Below are positions 47,935-56,274 of a stretch of DNA of 64,000 nt, piece after piece. The notes under the pieces are model-generated. The model was given only the letters and a program-made list of their open reading frames with translations. It ran no database searches and was not told where the DNA came from. Every line of letters starts with the position of its first letter. Position 1 is the stretch's first letter. The position numbers and the translations under genes were made by a program. The stretch covers positions 1,715-65,714 of the forward strand of contig JAUWPM010000001.1 of NCBI GenBank assembly GCA_030611585.1. Direction: 5' to 3'. The stretch comes from Methanosarcinales archaeon (GTDB taxonomy: Archaea; Halobacteriota; Syntropharchaeia; Alkanophagales; Methanospirareceae).

Positions 47935-48135
47935 TCGTGAAATAAGCCCGTACATGGTTTTCGGGGACGTGGGCAGTGCCCACGATGCGGGGGCACGGGC
48001 GGAGCCACACATAAAAAAGTCTCTCTAGTGAAACTTCCTTTTTCAAAGAGACATATTCTTTCTTAGCACAGGTTCTTTCTACGAGAAAGAAAGTGTTGTG
48101 CAATCTGGTGGTTACAACTTTAACTTTAAACCACG
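47935..48135. repeat. MITE-like repeat fragments (family A hairpin and family B-like core)
   Basis: ggggacgtgggcagtgcccacgatgcgggggcacgggcggagcc ... ttctttcttagcacaggttctttctacgagaaagaaagtgttgtgcaatctgg resembles 8900-8930 and 11120-11210. Confidence 0.6.
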
Positions 48136-48170
48136 AGATTCCACGAGAGGGACACAGAAGAATAAAAAAA

Positions 48171-48198
48171 ATCTGTGAGAATCTGTGAGAATCTGTGG
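48171..48198. repeat. short tandem repeat, 3 x aatctgtgag-like (10 bp)
   Basis: atctgtgaga atctgtgaga atctgtgg, immediately upstream of promoter copy e. Confidence 0.6.
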
Positions 48199-48224
48199 TT
48201 ACAAAATTTTTATCAGCATGAATA

Positions 48225-48272
48225 AACCGAAAACCTTTTATGTCGAACGGTCTATTTTTACATATCAATGCG
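48225..48272 (+). promoter_or_regulatory. promoter plus operator copy heading the SUOX-wtpABC operon
   Basis: aaaccgaaaaCCTTTTATGTCGAACGGtctatttttaCATATCAATGcgg. Confidence 0.6.
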
Positions 48273-49845
48273 GCGTGGTACGGAAAAGATGAAACAAATG
48301 AAACAATATGTGCCACTAGCATTATTGTGTGCCGGTGTTGCGCTGCTGCTCTTAACGCTTCCAGCGCAGGCAGCAGGTACGACAGAAGTGCACGTGGTGA
48401 AATACGCCTCTGATGGCACGACCGTTCTGAACGAGACGACGGTAAACTACATGAGGATGAAGGCGAATCTACCAGTCTACGGGGATGGGACTACGCATTA
48501 CTACCATCAGGGACCGATCTTCGAAGATGCATGGAATGAAGTACACCCCAACGAGACGTGGGATCTTGAAGAGGACAAGTGGAACCCGGAAGAGGACGTC
48601 AATGTACTTGGGGAAGACCTGGGCGCCGTGAAAGGAACGGACGTTAAGGATCTGTGTGATTTGGTCGGAGGAATGTCAGAAGGCGATGAGGTAAAGATTA
48701 AAGCCGTTGACAACTTCTACAAGAGTTTCCCGTACTCGAACGTCTACGAACCCGATCCGCGACAGGGTCCGATGGTCGTGACCTGGTACACCGAAGACGC
48801 CACGGAGAGCGGGCCGATTAGCGGGTACGTGCCGGAGGACTACTATAACGGCATGCGACTCGTATTCCTTGCTGATGCTTCCACCAACCCGTGGGGCAAG
48901 CACGTATTTGGCATCAGCGACATGCGCGCATGCCTCCCTGAGGATTACTGGCATTACTATCAGTACCCGGATTACCCTTCTACGGGCGGATACACTATAA
49001 AGTACATAGATAGAATCCTGATCTACAGCAGTATCGAGCCACCGGAATTGACGTCAATCGCGGTTTCTCCATCCAGCGTGGAGCTGGAAGAAGATGCGAC
49101 AAAACAGTTCAATGCAACCGCATACGACCAGAATGGCGATGAAATGCCAGATATAATCTTTACGTGGACGAGCAGTGATGAAACAGTTGGAACAATTGAC
49201 GAAAATGGATTATTTACCGCATTAGATGCCGGGGAGACCACAATAACAGCAGCGAACGAAACAGTAGAGGGAACGGCAACTGTAACGGTACACGAGGAAG
49301 ACAGCGATGACAATGAAGATGGGGAAGATAGTGGTGCTGGTGACGGAACTTCTCAGTCCAGCCCAGTCCTAACCGTAATTAACGTCTCACCGCCATCAGT
49401 AACGCTGAACGCCAGTAACACGCAGCAGTTCAATGCAACCGCTTACGACCAAACGCAGAACCCGATAGTGGGTGTCGTTTTCAATTGGACGATCGGCAAT
49501 GAAACCGTTGGAACGATCAATAACGCTGGATTCTTCACCGCTATTGCAGCAGGAACGACAACGATAAGAGCTGCGAATGGAACCGTGAACGGAACGGCAA
49601 ATGTAACGGTGCTTGCTCCGACAACAACACCTTCACCAACTGAAACGCTAACGGTAAACGCAACGCCTTTTCCATCTCCTACCGCTCATTCAATTCCGAC
49701 ACACTCGCCATCTGCAACAGTAACAGCAACACCTACGCCCACAGTAACGTCTACGCCAACGCCATCAGTACCAGGATTTGAAGCTTTATTCGCACTCGTA
49801 GGATTGTTGACGGTAGCTTACGTGATTAATAGGAGAAAAAAATAA
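48268..49845 (+). CDS. secreted surface protein: SUOX-fold module, two Big_2 domains, Thr/Pro linker and PGF-CTERM (intact)
   Basis: Signal peptide. VHVVKYASDGTTVLNETTVNYMRMKANLPVYGDGTTHYYHQGP...VKDLCDLVGGMSEGDEVKIKAVDNFY...GMRLVFLAD...KYIDRILIYS. Two Big_2 domains (VSPSSVELEEDATKQFNATAYDQNGDEMP...; VSPPSVTLNASNTQQFNATAYDQTQNPIV...). Ends PGFEALFALVGLLTVAYVINRRKK. Confidence 0.75.
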   Translation: MRRGTEKMKQMKQYVPLALLCAGVALLLLTLPAQAAGTTEVHVVKYASDGTTVLNETTVNYMRMKANLPVYGDGTTHYYHQGPIFEDAWNEVHPNETWDLEEDKWNPEEDVNVLGEDLGAVKGTDVKDLCDLVGGMSEGDEVKIKAVDNFYKSFPYSNVYEPDPRQGPMVVTWYTEDATESGPISGYVPEDYYNGMRLVFLADASTNPWGKHVFGISDMRACLPEDYWHYYQYPDYPSTGGYTIKYIDRILIYSSIEPPELTSIAVSPSSVELEEDATKQFNATAYDQNGDEMPDIIFTWTSSDETVGTIDENGLFTALDAGETTITAANETVEGTATVTVHEEDSDDNEDGEDSGAGDGTSQSSPVLTVINVSPPSVTLNASNTQQFNATAYDQTQNPIVGVVFNWTIGNETVGTINNAGFFTAIAAGTTTIRAANGTVNGTANVTVLAPTTTPSPTETLTVNATPFPSPTAHSIPTHSPSATVTATPTPTVTSTPTPSVPGFEALFALVGLLTVAYVINRRKK

Positions 49846-49846
49846 A

Positions 49847-50671
49847 ATGAACAGAAAAATAGTGTTTGGGATTTCACTGCTTCTGCTCTTAGTATTCGCA
49901 ACGGGTTTTGCTCATGCGGATCCAACGACGGAAGTGCACGTGATAAAGTATGCTGAGAATGAAACAATACTGAACGAAACAACCGTAACGTACCAGTGGC
50001 TGGAGGCGAATCTGCCGGTTCAGGGAGATGGAATAACGCATTATTACCATCAGGGACCGGTATTCGAGGGCGATAAATGGGATCCGAACGAGACGGCGAA
50101 CTATAAGGATAGAGGCGCCGTGAAAGGAACGGATATAAAGGATTTGTGCGATCTCGTGGGAGGGATGTCGCCGGGTGACGAAGTGATGATCCACGCGCCG
50201 GACGGCTACCACGTGGAGTTCGGCTACGCAAACGTCTACGAACCACAGCTTAGACAGGGACCGATGGTTCTGTGCTGGCATTGCAGCGAGGATATAAAAG
50301 AAATCGGCGAGCGACAGGGCGAGGGGTATCCACCAGACTATTACACGGGGATGCGGCTCGTCTTCTTCGCTGACGATTCTACCAATTTAGAGGGTAAACA
50401 CGTCTTCGGCAACTGGGACATGCACGAATGCTTACCCGAGCAGTGCTATCACTTCTATGAGCTCTATCCCTCCACAAACGGGTTTTCAGTGAAGTGGGTG
50501 GATGAGCTAAGGATTTACAGTGGTGGATACACCGGCGAGCACGGCGATCCAGCGAAAGCTATGCCTACGCCCACGCCTGCGTCACGCTCAATACCGGGAT
50601 TTGAGCTCGTATTCGCAATTGCGGGATTGCTGTTAGTTGCTTGTCATACTTTAGAGAGGAAAAGAAGATGA
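49847..50671 (+). CDS. secreted SUOX-fold protein with PGF-CTERM (intact)
   Basis: VHVIKYAENETILNETTVTYQWLEANLPVQGDGITHYYHQGP...IKDLCDLVGGMSPGDEVMIHAPDGY...GMRLVFFAD...KWVDELRIYSG; ends PGFELVFAIAGLLLVACHTLERKRR. The ATG lies 1 nt after the upstream TAA. Confidence 0.75.
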   Translation: MNRKIVFGISLLLLLVFATGFAHADPTTEVHVIKYAENETILNETTVTYQWLEANLPVQGDGITHYYHQGPVFEGDKWDPNETANYKDRGAVKGTDIKDLCDLVGGMSPGDEVMIHAPDGYHVEFGYANVYEPQLRQGPMVLCWHCSEDIKEIGERQGEGYPPDYYTGMRLVFFADDSTNLEGKHVFGNWDMHECLPEQCYHFYELYPSTNGFSVKWVDELRIYSGGYTGEHGDPAKAMPTPTPASRSIPGFELVFAIAGLLLVACHTLERKRR

Positions 50672-51267
50672 AAAAAAGCAAAGTCCTTGGACTTTTACTT
50701 GTTGTTGCGGTGGTCTGTATCGGTGGTATTGCAGCGGTTGCGTATCTGAATCCTTTTGGCACGCCGGAGGAGACCGTTGACTGGAACGTGACGTTGATAG
50801 GGTGCGGAGGCGAGGAGAAAGTGCTAACGTTCGACGAGATAAAAGCGATGCCTTCTTACAAGGGCTACGGCGGGTTCTTCACTACGGTTGGCATAGTAAA
50901 CGGGCCGTATAAATGCAAAGGCGTGCCCTTGAAGGACCTCTGCGCGCTCGTTGGCGGACTCGATGCGTCAAACACTGTCTGGGTATCGGCACCCGATGGG
51001 TATTTAATGACCTTCAGCTACGATCAGGTCAACGGTGATTTCCGCACTTACGATCCTGCAACGTTTAAGGAAGTGCCACACGAGGATTTAACGCTGATCT
51101 TGATGTACGAGCAGGATGACGCACCGCTGTCCGATTACGATGGCAGACCGCTCAGACTCGCGATCGTATCATCGTCGTCGTCAAGCGATGAGTTCATAAC
51201 GGAAGGGCATAGCTGGGTGAAATGGGTGAATAAAATAGAGGTTCGAACACCCGCTGCGAGTGCGTAG
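50668..51267 (+). CDS. small membrane-anchored SUOX-fold (Oxidored_molyb-like) protein
   Basis: N-terminal TM or signal anchor. WNVTLIGCGGEEKVLTFDEIKAMP...CKGVPLKDLCALVGGLDASNTVWVSAPDGY...LTLILMYEQDDAPLSDYDGRPLRLAIVSS...SWVKWVNKIEV aligns along its whole length with the YedY/SUOX Moco domain. Its ATG overlaps the upstream TGA (ATGA). Confidence 0.75.
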   Translation: MKKSKVLGLLLVVAVVCIGGIAAVAYLNPFGTPEETVDWNVTLIGCGGEEKVLTFDEIKAMPSYKGYGGFFTTVGIVNGPYKCKGVPLKDLCALVGGLDASNTVWVSAPDGYLMTFSYDQVNGDFRTYDPATFKEVPHEDLTLILMYEQDDAPLSDYDGRPLRLAIVSSSSSSDEFITEGHSWVKWVNKIEVRTPAASA

Positions 51268-51281
51268 CAGGATGGAGAAAG

Positions 51282-52331
51282 ATGAACGCTAAGCACATTG
51301 TCGTACTAACACTAATCGCTGCGGTGGTTCTGAGTGCCGCGTGCATCTCCCAGGATCAAGGGAAGAGCAAATTGAAGGTCATTTATGCCGGGAGTCTGAT
51401 CCTCCCGTTTGGCGAGCTGGAGCAGGCGTTTGAGAGCGAGCATCCAGACGTGGACGTGCTGGTAGAGGGGCACGGAAGTATCCAGGCGATTCGGCATATA
51501 ACCGACGTGCATGAGGAGTACGACGTGATCGCCGTGGCAGACGATTCCTTAGTACCTGCAATGATGTACCCCGAGTATGCGGACTGGTGTGTGCGGTTCG
51601 CAACGAACCAGATGGTCATCATGTACACCAACAGGAGCAACTACGCGGCTGAGATAAACGACTCGAACTGGTATGAAATCCTCGCACGCCCAGATGTGAT
51701 GTTCGGCTTCTCGAATCCCATGTTCGATGCCTGCGGATACAGAACGCTGATGGTGATCCCGCTCGCGGAATCGTACTACGGCAATCAAACGATCTTTGAC
51801 GTACTGATCGCACGCAATTTCGACCCGCCATTGCCGCTGATTAAGGATAACGGCACGTACACAGTGGTGGTGCCCGAAGTATTCGAGCCGCAGGGAGATA
51901 AAATCGCCGTACGGGGCGGAAGCGTGCAATTAATAGCTCTGCTCGATTACGGCGGTATTGACTACGCCTTCGGATACAAGAGCGTGGCACAGCAGCACGG
52001 ACTGCGGTATTTGGAGCTGCCTGCCGAGATAGATTTGAGTTCGCCGGAGTACTGTGAGACGTACGATAAAGCTAAAGTTACGCTTGGATTTCAACGCTTT
52101 ACGTCCGTGGGTGTTGAGCGTATCGGCCGACCGATCTTCTACGGGATAACCGTCCCTAAGAACGCACCGGATCCTGAGCTGGGACTGGAATTCGTGAACT
52201 TCGTGCTGAGTGAGGAGGGGCAGAGGATTCTCCAGGACAATAATCAGCCTACTATCCCGCCCGAAGTGGACAATTTGGATAAAATACCCGTGGAGCTCAG
52301 ACCCGTGGTTATAAAAGAGATAAAAGAATAG
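51282..52331 (+). CDS. wtpA: WtpA-type tungstate/molybdate ABC transporter substrate-binding protein (lipobox-type N-terminus)
   Basis: Signal peptide with Cys (VLSAACIS). KLKVIYAGSLILPFGELEQAFESEHPDVDV... is paralogous to 38551-39666 ([15 protein letters not shown] motif shared). Confidence 0.85.
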   Translation: MNAKHIVVLTLIAAVVLSAACISQDQGKSKLKVIYAGSLILPFGELEQAFESEHPDVDVLVEGHGSIQAIRHITDVHEEYDVIAVADDSLVPAMMYPEYADWCVRFATNQMVIMYTNRSNYAAEINDSNWYEILARPDVMFGFSNPMFDACGYRTLMVIPLAESYYGNQTIFDVLIARNFDPPLPLIKDNGTYTVVVPEVFEPQGDKIAVRGGSVQLIALLDYGGIDYAFGYKSVAQQHGLRYLELPAEIDLSSPEYCETYDKAKVTLGFQRFTSVGVERIGRPIFYGITVPKNAPDPELGLEFVNFVLSEEGQRILQDNNQPTIPPEVDNLDKIPVELRPVVIKEIKE

Positions 52332-52347
52332 TGAGGAGGGAGGACGG

Positions 52348-53163
52348 ATGAACTCACTTTCAGGATGGCCCGGGACGGAGAAACTAAAGCGGGAGAAGGT
52401 CTACATCCTTTTCCTCTTCTTAGGGCTCGTTCTTGTTGCTTTTGTCTTTATTACAATTGGAAACTTGTATTACAAGCAAGCAGAAGACTTCTCCGGGTTA
52501 ATTGATGCTGCGACTGACCTCGTAGTTCTAAAAGCAATAGCGATAAGCATAACTATGGCACTGGCTTCCACCTTAATCGCGTTCTTATTTGGCGTCCCCT
52601 TAGCGTATTTCCTCGCGAGGAAGGAGTTCATGGGTAAGAGCGTAATAGAAGGTATTGTGGACATTCCCTTGATGATTCCACATGTGGTTGCTGGAATTGC
52701 ATTGTACGGGGTGTTCATGCGGTATGGATTGATCGGTGCGCCGCTTAGAAAATTGGGAATCGTAATTACGGATGCGTATCCCGGAATCGTGGTTGCGATG
52801 CTCTTCATGAGTCTCCCGTATTTGGTAGATACTGCGCGAGAAGGATTTAAAGAGGTTGATCCACGGTTAGAAAACGTTGCTCGCTCATTGGGCGCATCTC
52901 ATTGGAGAACGTTCCGAGAGATAACGTTCCCGCTTGCTTTCCCGTCCATATTGAGCGGCGCGATTCTGAGCTGGGGGCGAGCGATAAGCGAGTTCTCTGC
53001 GGTTCTAATCATCGCATATCACCCGATCTCCGCACCAATTTTAATCTACGAGAAGTTTACTTCGTTTGGACTTCGGGCATCACGACCAATCTCGGTTCTG
53101 CTGATCTCGATCTGTCTGGTTATTTTTATAATGCTGAGGTGGCTTCAGAGGAGAAGGGGATGA
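52348..53163 (+). CDS. wtpB: tungstate/molybdate ABC transporter permease
   Basis: Paralogue of 36480-37280 (LPLAFPSILSGAILSWGRAISEFSAVLIIA). Confidence 0.85.
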   Translation: MNSLSGWPGTEKLKREKVYILFLFLGLVLVAFVFITIGNLYYKQAEDFSGLIDAATDLVVLKAIAISITMALASTLIAFLFGVPLAYFLARKEFMGKSVIEGIVDIPLMIPHVVAGIALYGVFMRYGLIGAPLRKLGIVITDAYPGIVVAMLFMSLPYLVDTAREGFKEVDPRLENVARSLGASHWRTFREITFPLAFPSILSGAILSWGRAISEFSAVLIIAYHPISAPILIYEKFTSFGLRASRPISVLLISICLVIFIMLRWLQRRRG

Positions 53164-54249
53164 ATGATAGAAGTACGAGCTTTATACAAGGACTGGAAAG
53201 AGTTCGCTCTTAAAGACATAAACCTGGAAATTAAAAAAGGCGAGTATTTCGTCATTCTGGGTCCCACAGGTGCGGGAAAGACGTTACTGCTGGAGACGAT
53301 TGCGGGTTTTTATATCCCGGATAGCGGAGAAGTCAGGATTGACGGTCGTGACGTGACGATTATTCCACCCGAGAGGCGGAGGATCGGCTTTATTTATCAG
53401 GATTATTCACTCTTCCCACATTTGAACGTTGAGCAGAACATAGAATTCGGGTTGAAGTCGAGGAAAAAGTCTGCATCGCAGGATACGAACAGGAAGAGAG
53501 TGAAGGAAATAATGGACTGGCTGAGTATATCGCACCTTGCGCATCGCTACCCCGCTACGTTAAGTGGTGGAGAACAGCAGAAGGTTGCAATTGGCAGAGC
53601 GATTGCCATTGAACCTTCAATATTGCTTCTGGACGAGCCGCTATCTGCTTTAGACCGCAGAACGCAAGATCATCTGAGAGAGGAACTGAAGCGTGTGAAA
53701 GAAGAGTTTGGGATTACCATGGTTCACGTAACGCACGACCAGACGGAAGCGTTGGTGCTCGCGGATAGAATAGCGGTGATGATGCAAGGGCGAATAATGC
53801 AGGTGGGTACGCCTCAAGAGATTTTTAATAAGCCACTGAACGAGGAGTTAGCAGATTTTGTTGGCATCGAGAATGTATTACGTGGTGTAGTGCGAATTAA
53901 TGAGAATGGCATTGCGGAGATAGAAGTTGATATGGGGGTTACCATATTCGCCGTTTCGGAGTATCGTGATGGAGCGGTGAAAGTATTCATAAGGCCGGAA
54001 GACATAATTTTGTCAAAAAGCATAGGGGATAGCAGTGCGAGAAACGTTATGAACGTAAGAATAAAGGAGTTGCACGATATGGGCCCTTTAACTCGTGTAA
54101 AACTGGATGGCGAGCGTAGCAAGCATAGCAAGCGTATCGAGCTTGTAGCGCTTATTACGAAACAATCGCGTGAAGAGCTCGGGCTAAAAGAAGGGGACGC
54201 AGTCTACGCAACTTTTAAAGCGACTTCGGTGCACGTAGTGCGAGGATAG
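53164..54249 (+). CDS. wtpC: tungstate/molybdate ABC transporter ATPase with C-terminal Mop/TOBE domain
   Basis: Walker A GPTGAGKT and signature LSGGEQQKVAIGRA. C-terminal TOBE domain ends ...LGLKEGDAVYATFKATSVHVVRG. About 75% identical to the product of 37303-38376. Confidence 0.88.
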   Translation: MIEVRALYKDWKEFALKDINLEIKKGEYFVILGPTGAGKTLLLETIAGFYIPDSGEVRIDGRDVTIIPPERRRIGFIYQDYSLFPHLNVEQNIEFGLKSRKKSASQDTNRKRVKEIMDWLSISHLAHRYPATLSGGEQQKVAIGRAIAIEPSILLLDEPLSALDRRTQDHLREELKRVKEEFGITMVHVTHDQTEALVLADRIAVMMQGRIMQVGTPQEIFNKPLNEELADFVGIENVLRGVVRINENGIAEIEVDMGVTIFAVSEYRDGAVKVFIRPEDIILSKSIGDSSARNVMNVRIKELHDMGPLTRVKLDGERSKHSKRIELVALITKQSREELGLKEGDAVYATFKATSVHVVRG

Positions 54250-54284
54250 TGGACTGATATTAATATGGCGGTGCGAATTTCGAG

Positions 54285-54432
54285 AAAAACAGAAAAGCTT
54301 TTATGCCGAGCGGTGTATAACTACATATCGTGCACGCCATTATTTCGCCTCTGTTTTTACTCCAAAATACAGAAGCATTAGCACGAACGACCATGCGTGG
54401 GGCGCTGCACCGCCCCGCGCTGGTTCTTTGAG
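54285..54432 (+). promoter_or_regulatory. second copy of promoter/operator plus conserved hairpin region
   Basis: acagaaaaGCTTTTATGccgagcggtgtataactaCATATCGtgcacgccattatttcgcctctg...gcgtggggcgctgcaccgccccgcgctggttcttt is paralogous to 39745-39905. Confidence 0.45.
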
Positions 54433-54548
54433 ACCATTACTTCCGACGCTTTTATCATCGCTTCTACTTTATCACCCTCTTTTAGATAAAAATCTTCCGC
54501 CGCCTCTTTTGTGATCATCGAGGTTATGTTATGATTGCGTGCTTGGTG
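54428..54548 (-). pseudogene. truncated mop (molbindin) remnant
   Basis: The reverse strand reads ...ITKEAAEDFYLKEGDKVEAMIKASEVMVSK*, matching the C-terminal half of Mop 40176-40385. The N-terminal half and the start codon are lost. Confidence 0.6.
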
Positions 54549-54667
54549 AATAGACACGTTAGGATTCCTTCGCTTACAGTGATCGGTATAGTGTCATCTC
54601 AATCTGTACCGACTTTCGTGATGAAGCCCTAACCGAAAAGTTTATATAACCCCTTCTTCCTTAGTAG

Positions 54668-55804
54668 ATGATTACAACCATGTGGGAAAATAGCGAAAAA
54701 GAAAAGGTGGATAAGATGGGGAATATGTTAGGATACTCTCGAGAAGTACTAACGGGACCAACAGAAGAGGAGGATTTGTTCGGAGTGCCGCAGCTCGCGA
54801 TCGTTGGCGTCGGTGGGGCAGGTAACAACTCCATGAATAGATTGGAGTACATGGGCGGGTTAAATGGCGTGAGTAGAATTGCGGTAAACACGGACAAGCT
54901 GCACTTAGATTCGATAAAATGTGAACAGAAGGTGCTGATAGGAAGGTCGCTTACCAAGGGATTAGGAGCAGGAGGCTCTCCGGACATAGGGCGAAAAGCC
55001 GCGGAATTGGACAGGGATGAGCTTCGGAGATTTTTAAGCAAAAAAAACTTCGTGTTCCTCACTACCGGAATGGGCGGTGGCACGGGCACGGGAGCAACAC
55101 CTGTTGTAGCGGACATAGCGAAGGAAGAAGGTGCAATCGTAGTAGCGATGGTCTCGTATCCTTTTGAAGTGGAGCGGATAAGAAGGAAAAGAGCTGCGGA
55201 AGGGATCGAAAGATTGAGAGAGTCTACGGACACGGTTATAGTGTTGGAGAACGACAAGCTGATAAAGTATGCGGGCAATCTTCCGGTGAATGACGCTTTC
55301 AGGACGATGGATATGTTGATCGCAGAGACGATACAGGGCATAACCGAGACGATAACACAACCCTCTTTGGTCAATCTCGACTTCGCGGACCTCAAAGCAG
55401 TGATGGAGGCAGGCGGTGTTGCCGTGATGCTTGTCGGTGAGACGACGAAGTCGGAGAACAAACCTGAAGCTGTTGTGGAAGATGCACTCAGTCATCCGCT
55501 GTTGGAGGCAGATTATAGAGGTGCAAAAGGCGCTCTTATACACGTGACTGGCGGCTCGGACCTCACGATGAAGGAGACAACCGATATCGTAGAGTTACTT
55601 ACCTACGAGTTAGATCCCGACGCGAACGTGATATGGGGAGCGAGGATAAACGATGATTACAATGGAAAGGCGAAGGTAACGGCAATAATGACCGGTGTGG
55701 AGCCGAGCTGGACGTTCGGTGGGATCTACGAAGAACGGAAAGGGAGCATTGCTCAGGGTAATGGTGGAGGACTCAGCGATATAATACCAATTATCCGACG
55801 CTAA
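54668..55804 (+). CDS. ftsZ: FtsZ/tubulin-family cell division GTPase
   Basis: AIVGVGGAGNN, GGGTGTGATPVVA tubulin signature and NLDFADLKAVM (T7 loop). The likely true start is Met 54716 (MGNMLGYS). Confidence 0.85.
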   Translation: MITTMWENSEKEKVDKMGNMLGYSREVLTGPTEEEDLFGVPQLAIVGVGGAGNNSMNRLEYMGGLNGVSRIAVNTDKLHLDSIKCEQKVLIGRSLTKGLGAGGSPDIGRKAAELDRDELRRFLSKKNFVFLTTGMGGGTGTGATPVVADIAKEEGAIVVAMVSYPFEVERIRRKRAAEGIERLRESTDTVIVLENDKLIKYAGNLPVNDAFRTMDMLIAETIQGITETITQPSLVNLDFADLKAVMEAGGVAVMLVGETTKSENKPEAVVEDALSHPLLEADYRGAKGALIHVTGGSDLTMKETTDIVELLTYELDPDANVIWGARINDDYNGKAKVTAIMTGVEPSWTFGGIYEERKGSIAQGNGGGLSDIIPIIRR

Positions 55805-55858
55805 CCTAACTATAACTAACCAGCGGAAATATATCGTAATAGAATAAAGGATATTAAT

Positions 55859-56141
55859 AGGGAGAGAGGAAGGGCAGCTGCCGGTCTTCTTTTTTTTAAG
55901 AGGGCTGAGGAAAGTCCCCCCACCATAAATAAGGATAAAACACGAACGCCGGGAGGGCGTAAGGCGAGAGTCTTGGCTCTGGTATAGAAACGATACCGTG
56001 CCATACTAAGTAACGTGATGATTCCGTGAGGATGAATTCGTATGGTTGCGGATGGAACGACCAACCTCGTGGGTGCAAGCCTGAGGAAGGCGCGAAGATA
56101 AATGCTGCTGAAACAGAAGGGGGCTTACTCTCCTCACTCCC
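55859..56141 (+). ncRNA. rnpB: RNase P RNA (archaeal type A-like)
   Basis: Universal P4 strands are present: GAGGAAAGTCC (55908-55918) and ACAGAAgggGGCTTA (56113-56127). The 5' GGGAGAGAGG can pair with the 3' CCTCACTCCC as P1. Overlapping ORFs on the minus strand are not credible. Confidence 0.7.
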
Positions 56142-56274
56142 TGTCAAACTCTCTTTAGAATGGCTTTGACATTTCCCAAAGGGAAATGCATTCCAAAGGA
56201 ATGAACGTTCCATTGCGAAGCAATGTGAGAAGGGAGTTTGATCAAAGGCAAGCTATTAAACGGCATTTTTGCTA

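Noticed and set aside
40537-51267. Multiheme c-type cytochromes among the secreted proteins (ANME-style)
   Set aside because: No CxxCH motifs are present in any of the surface-protein ORFs.
40537-51267. Tat signal peptides on the SUOX-fold proteins
   Set aside because: The N-termini lack the S/T-R-R-x-F-L-K motif. The 'MRRGTEK' of 48268 is not in a Tat context.
55816-56213. Two minus-strand ORFs (82 and 105 aa)
   Set aside because: They overlap the RNase P RNA with its universal P4 motifs on the + strand.
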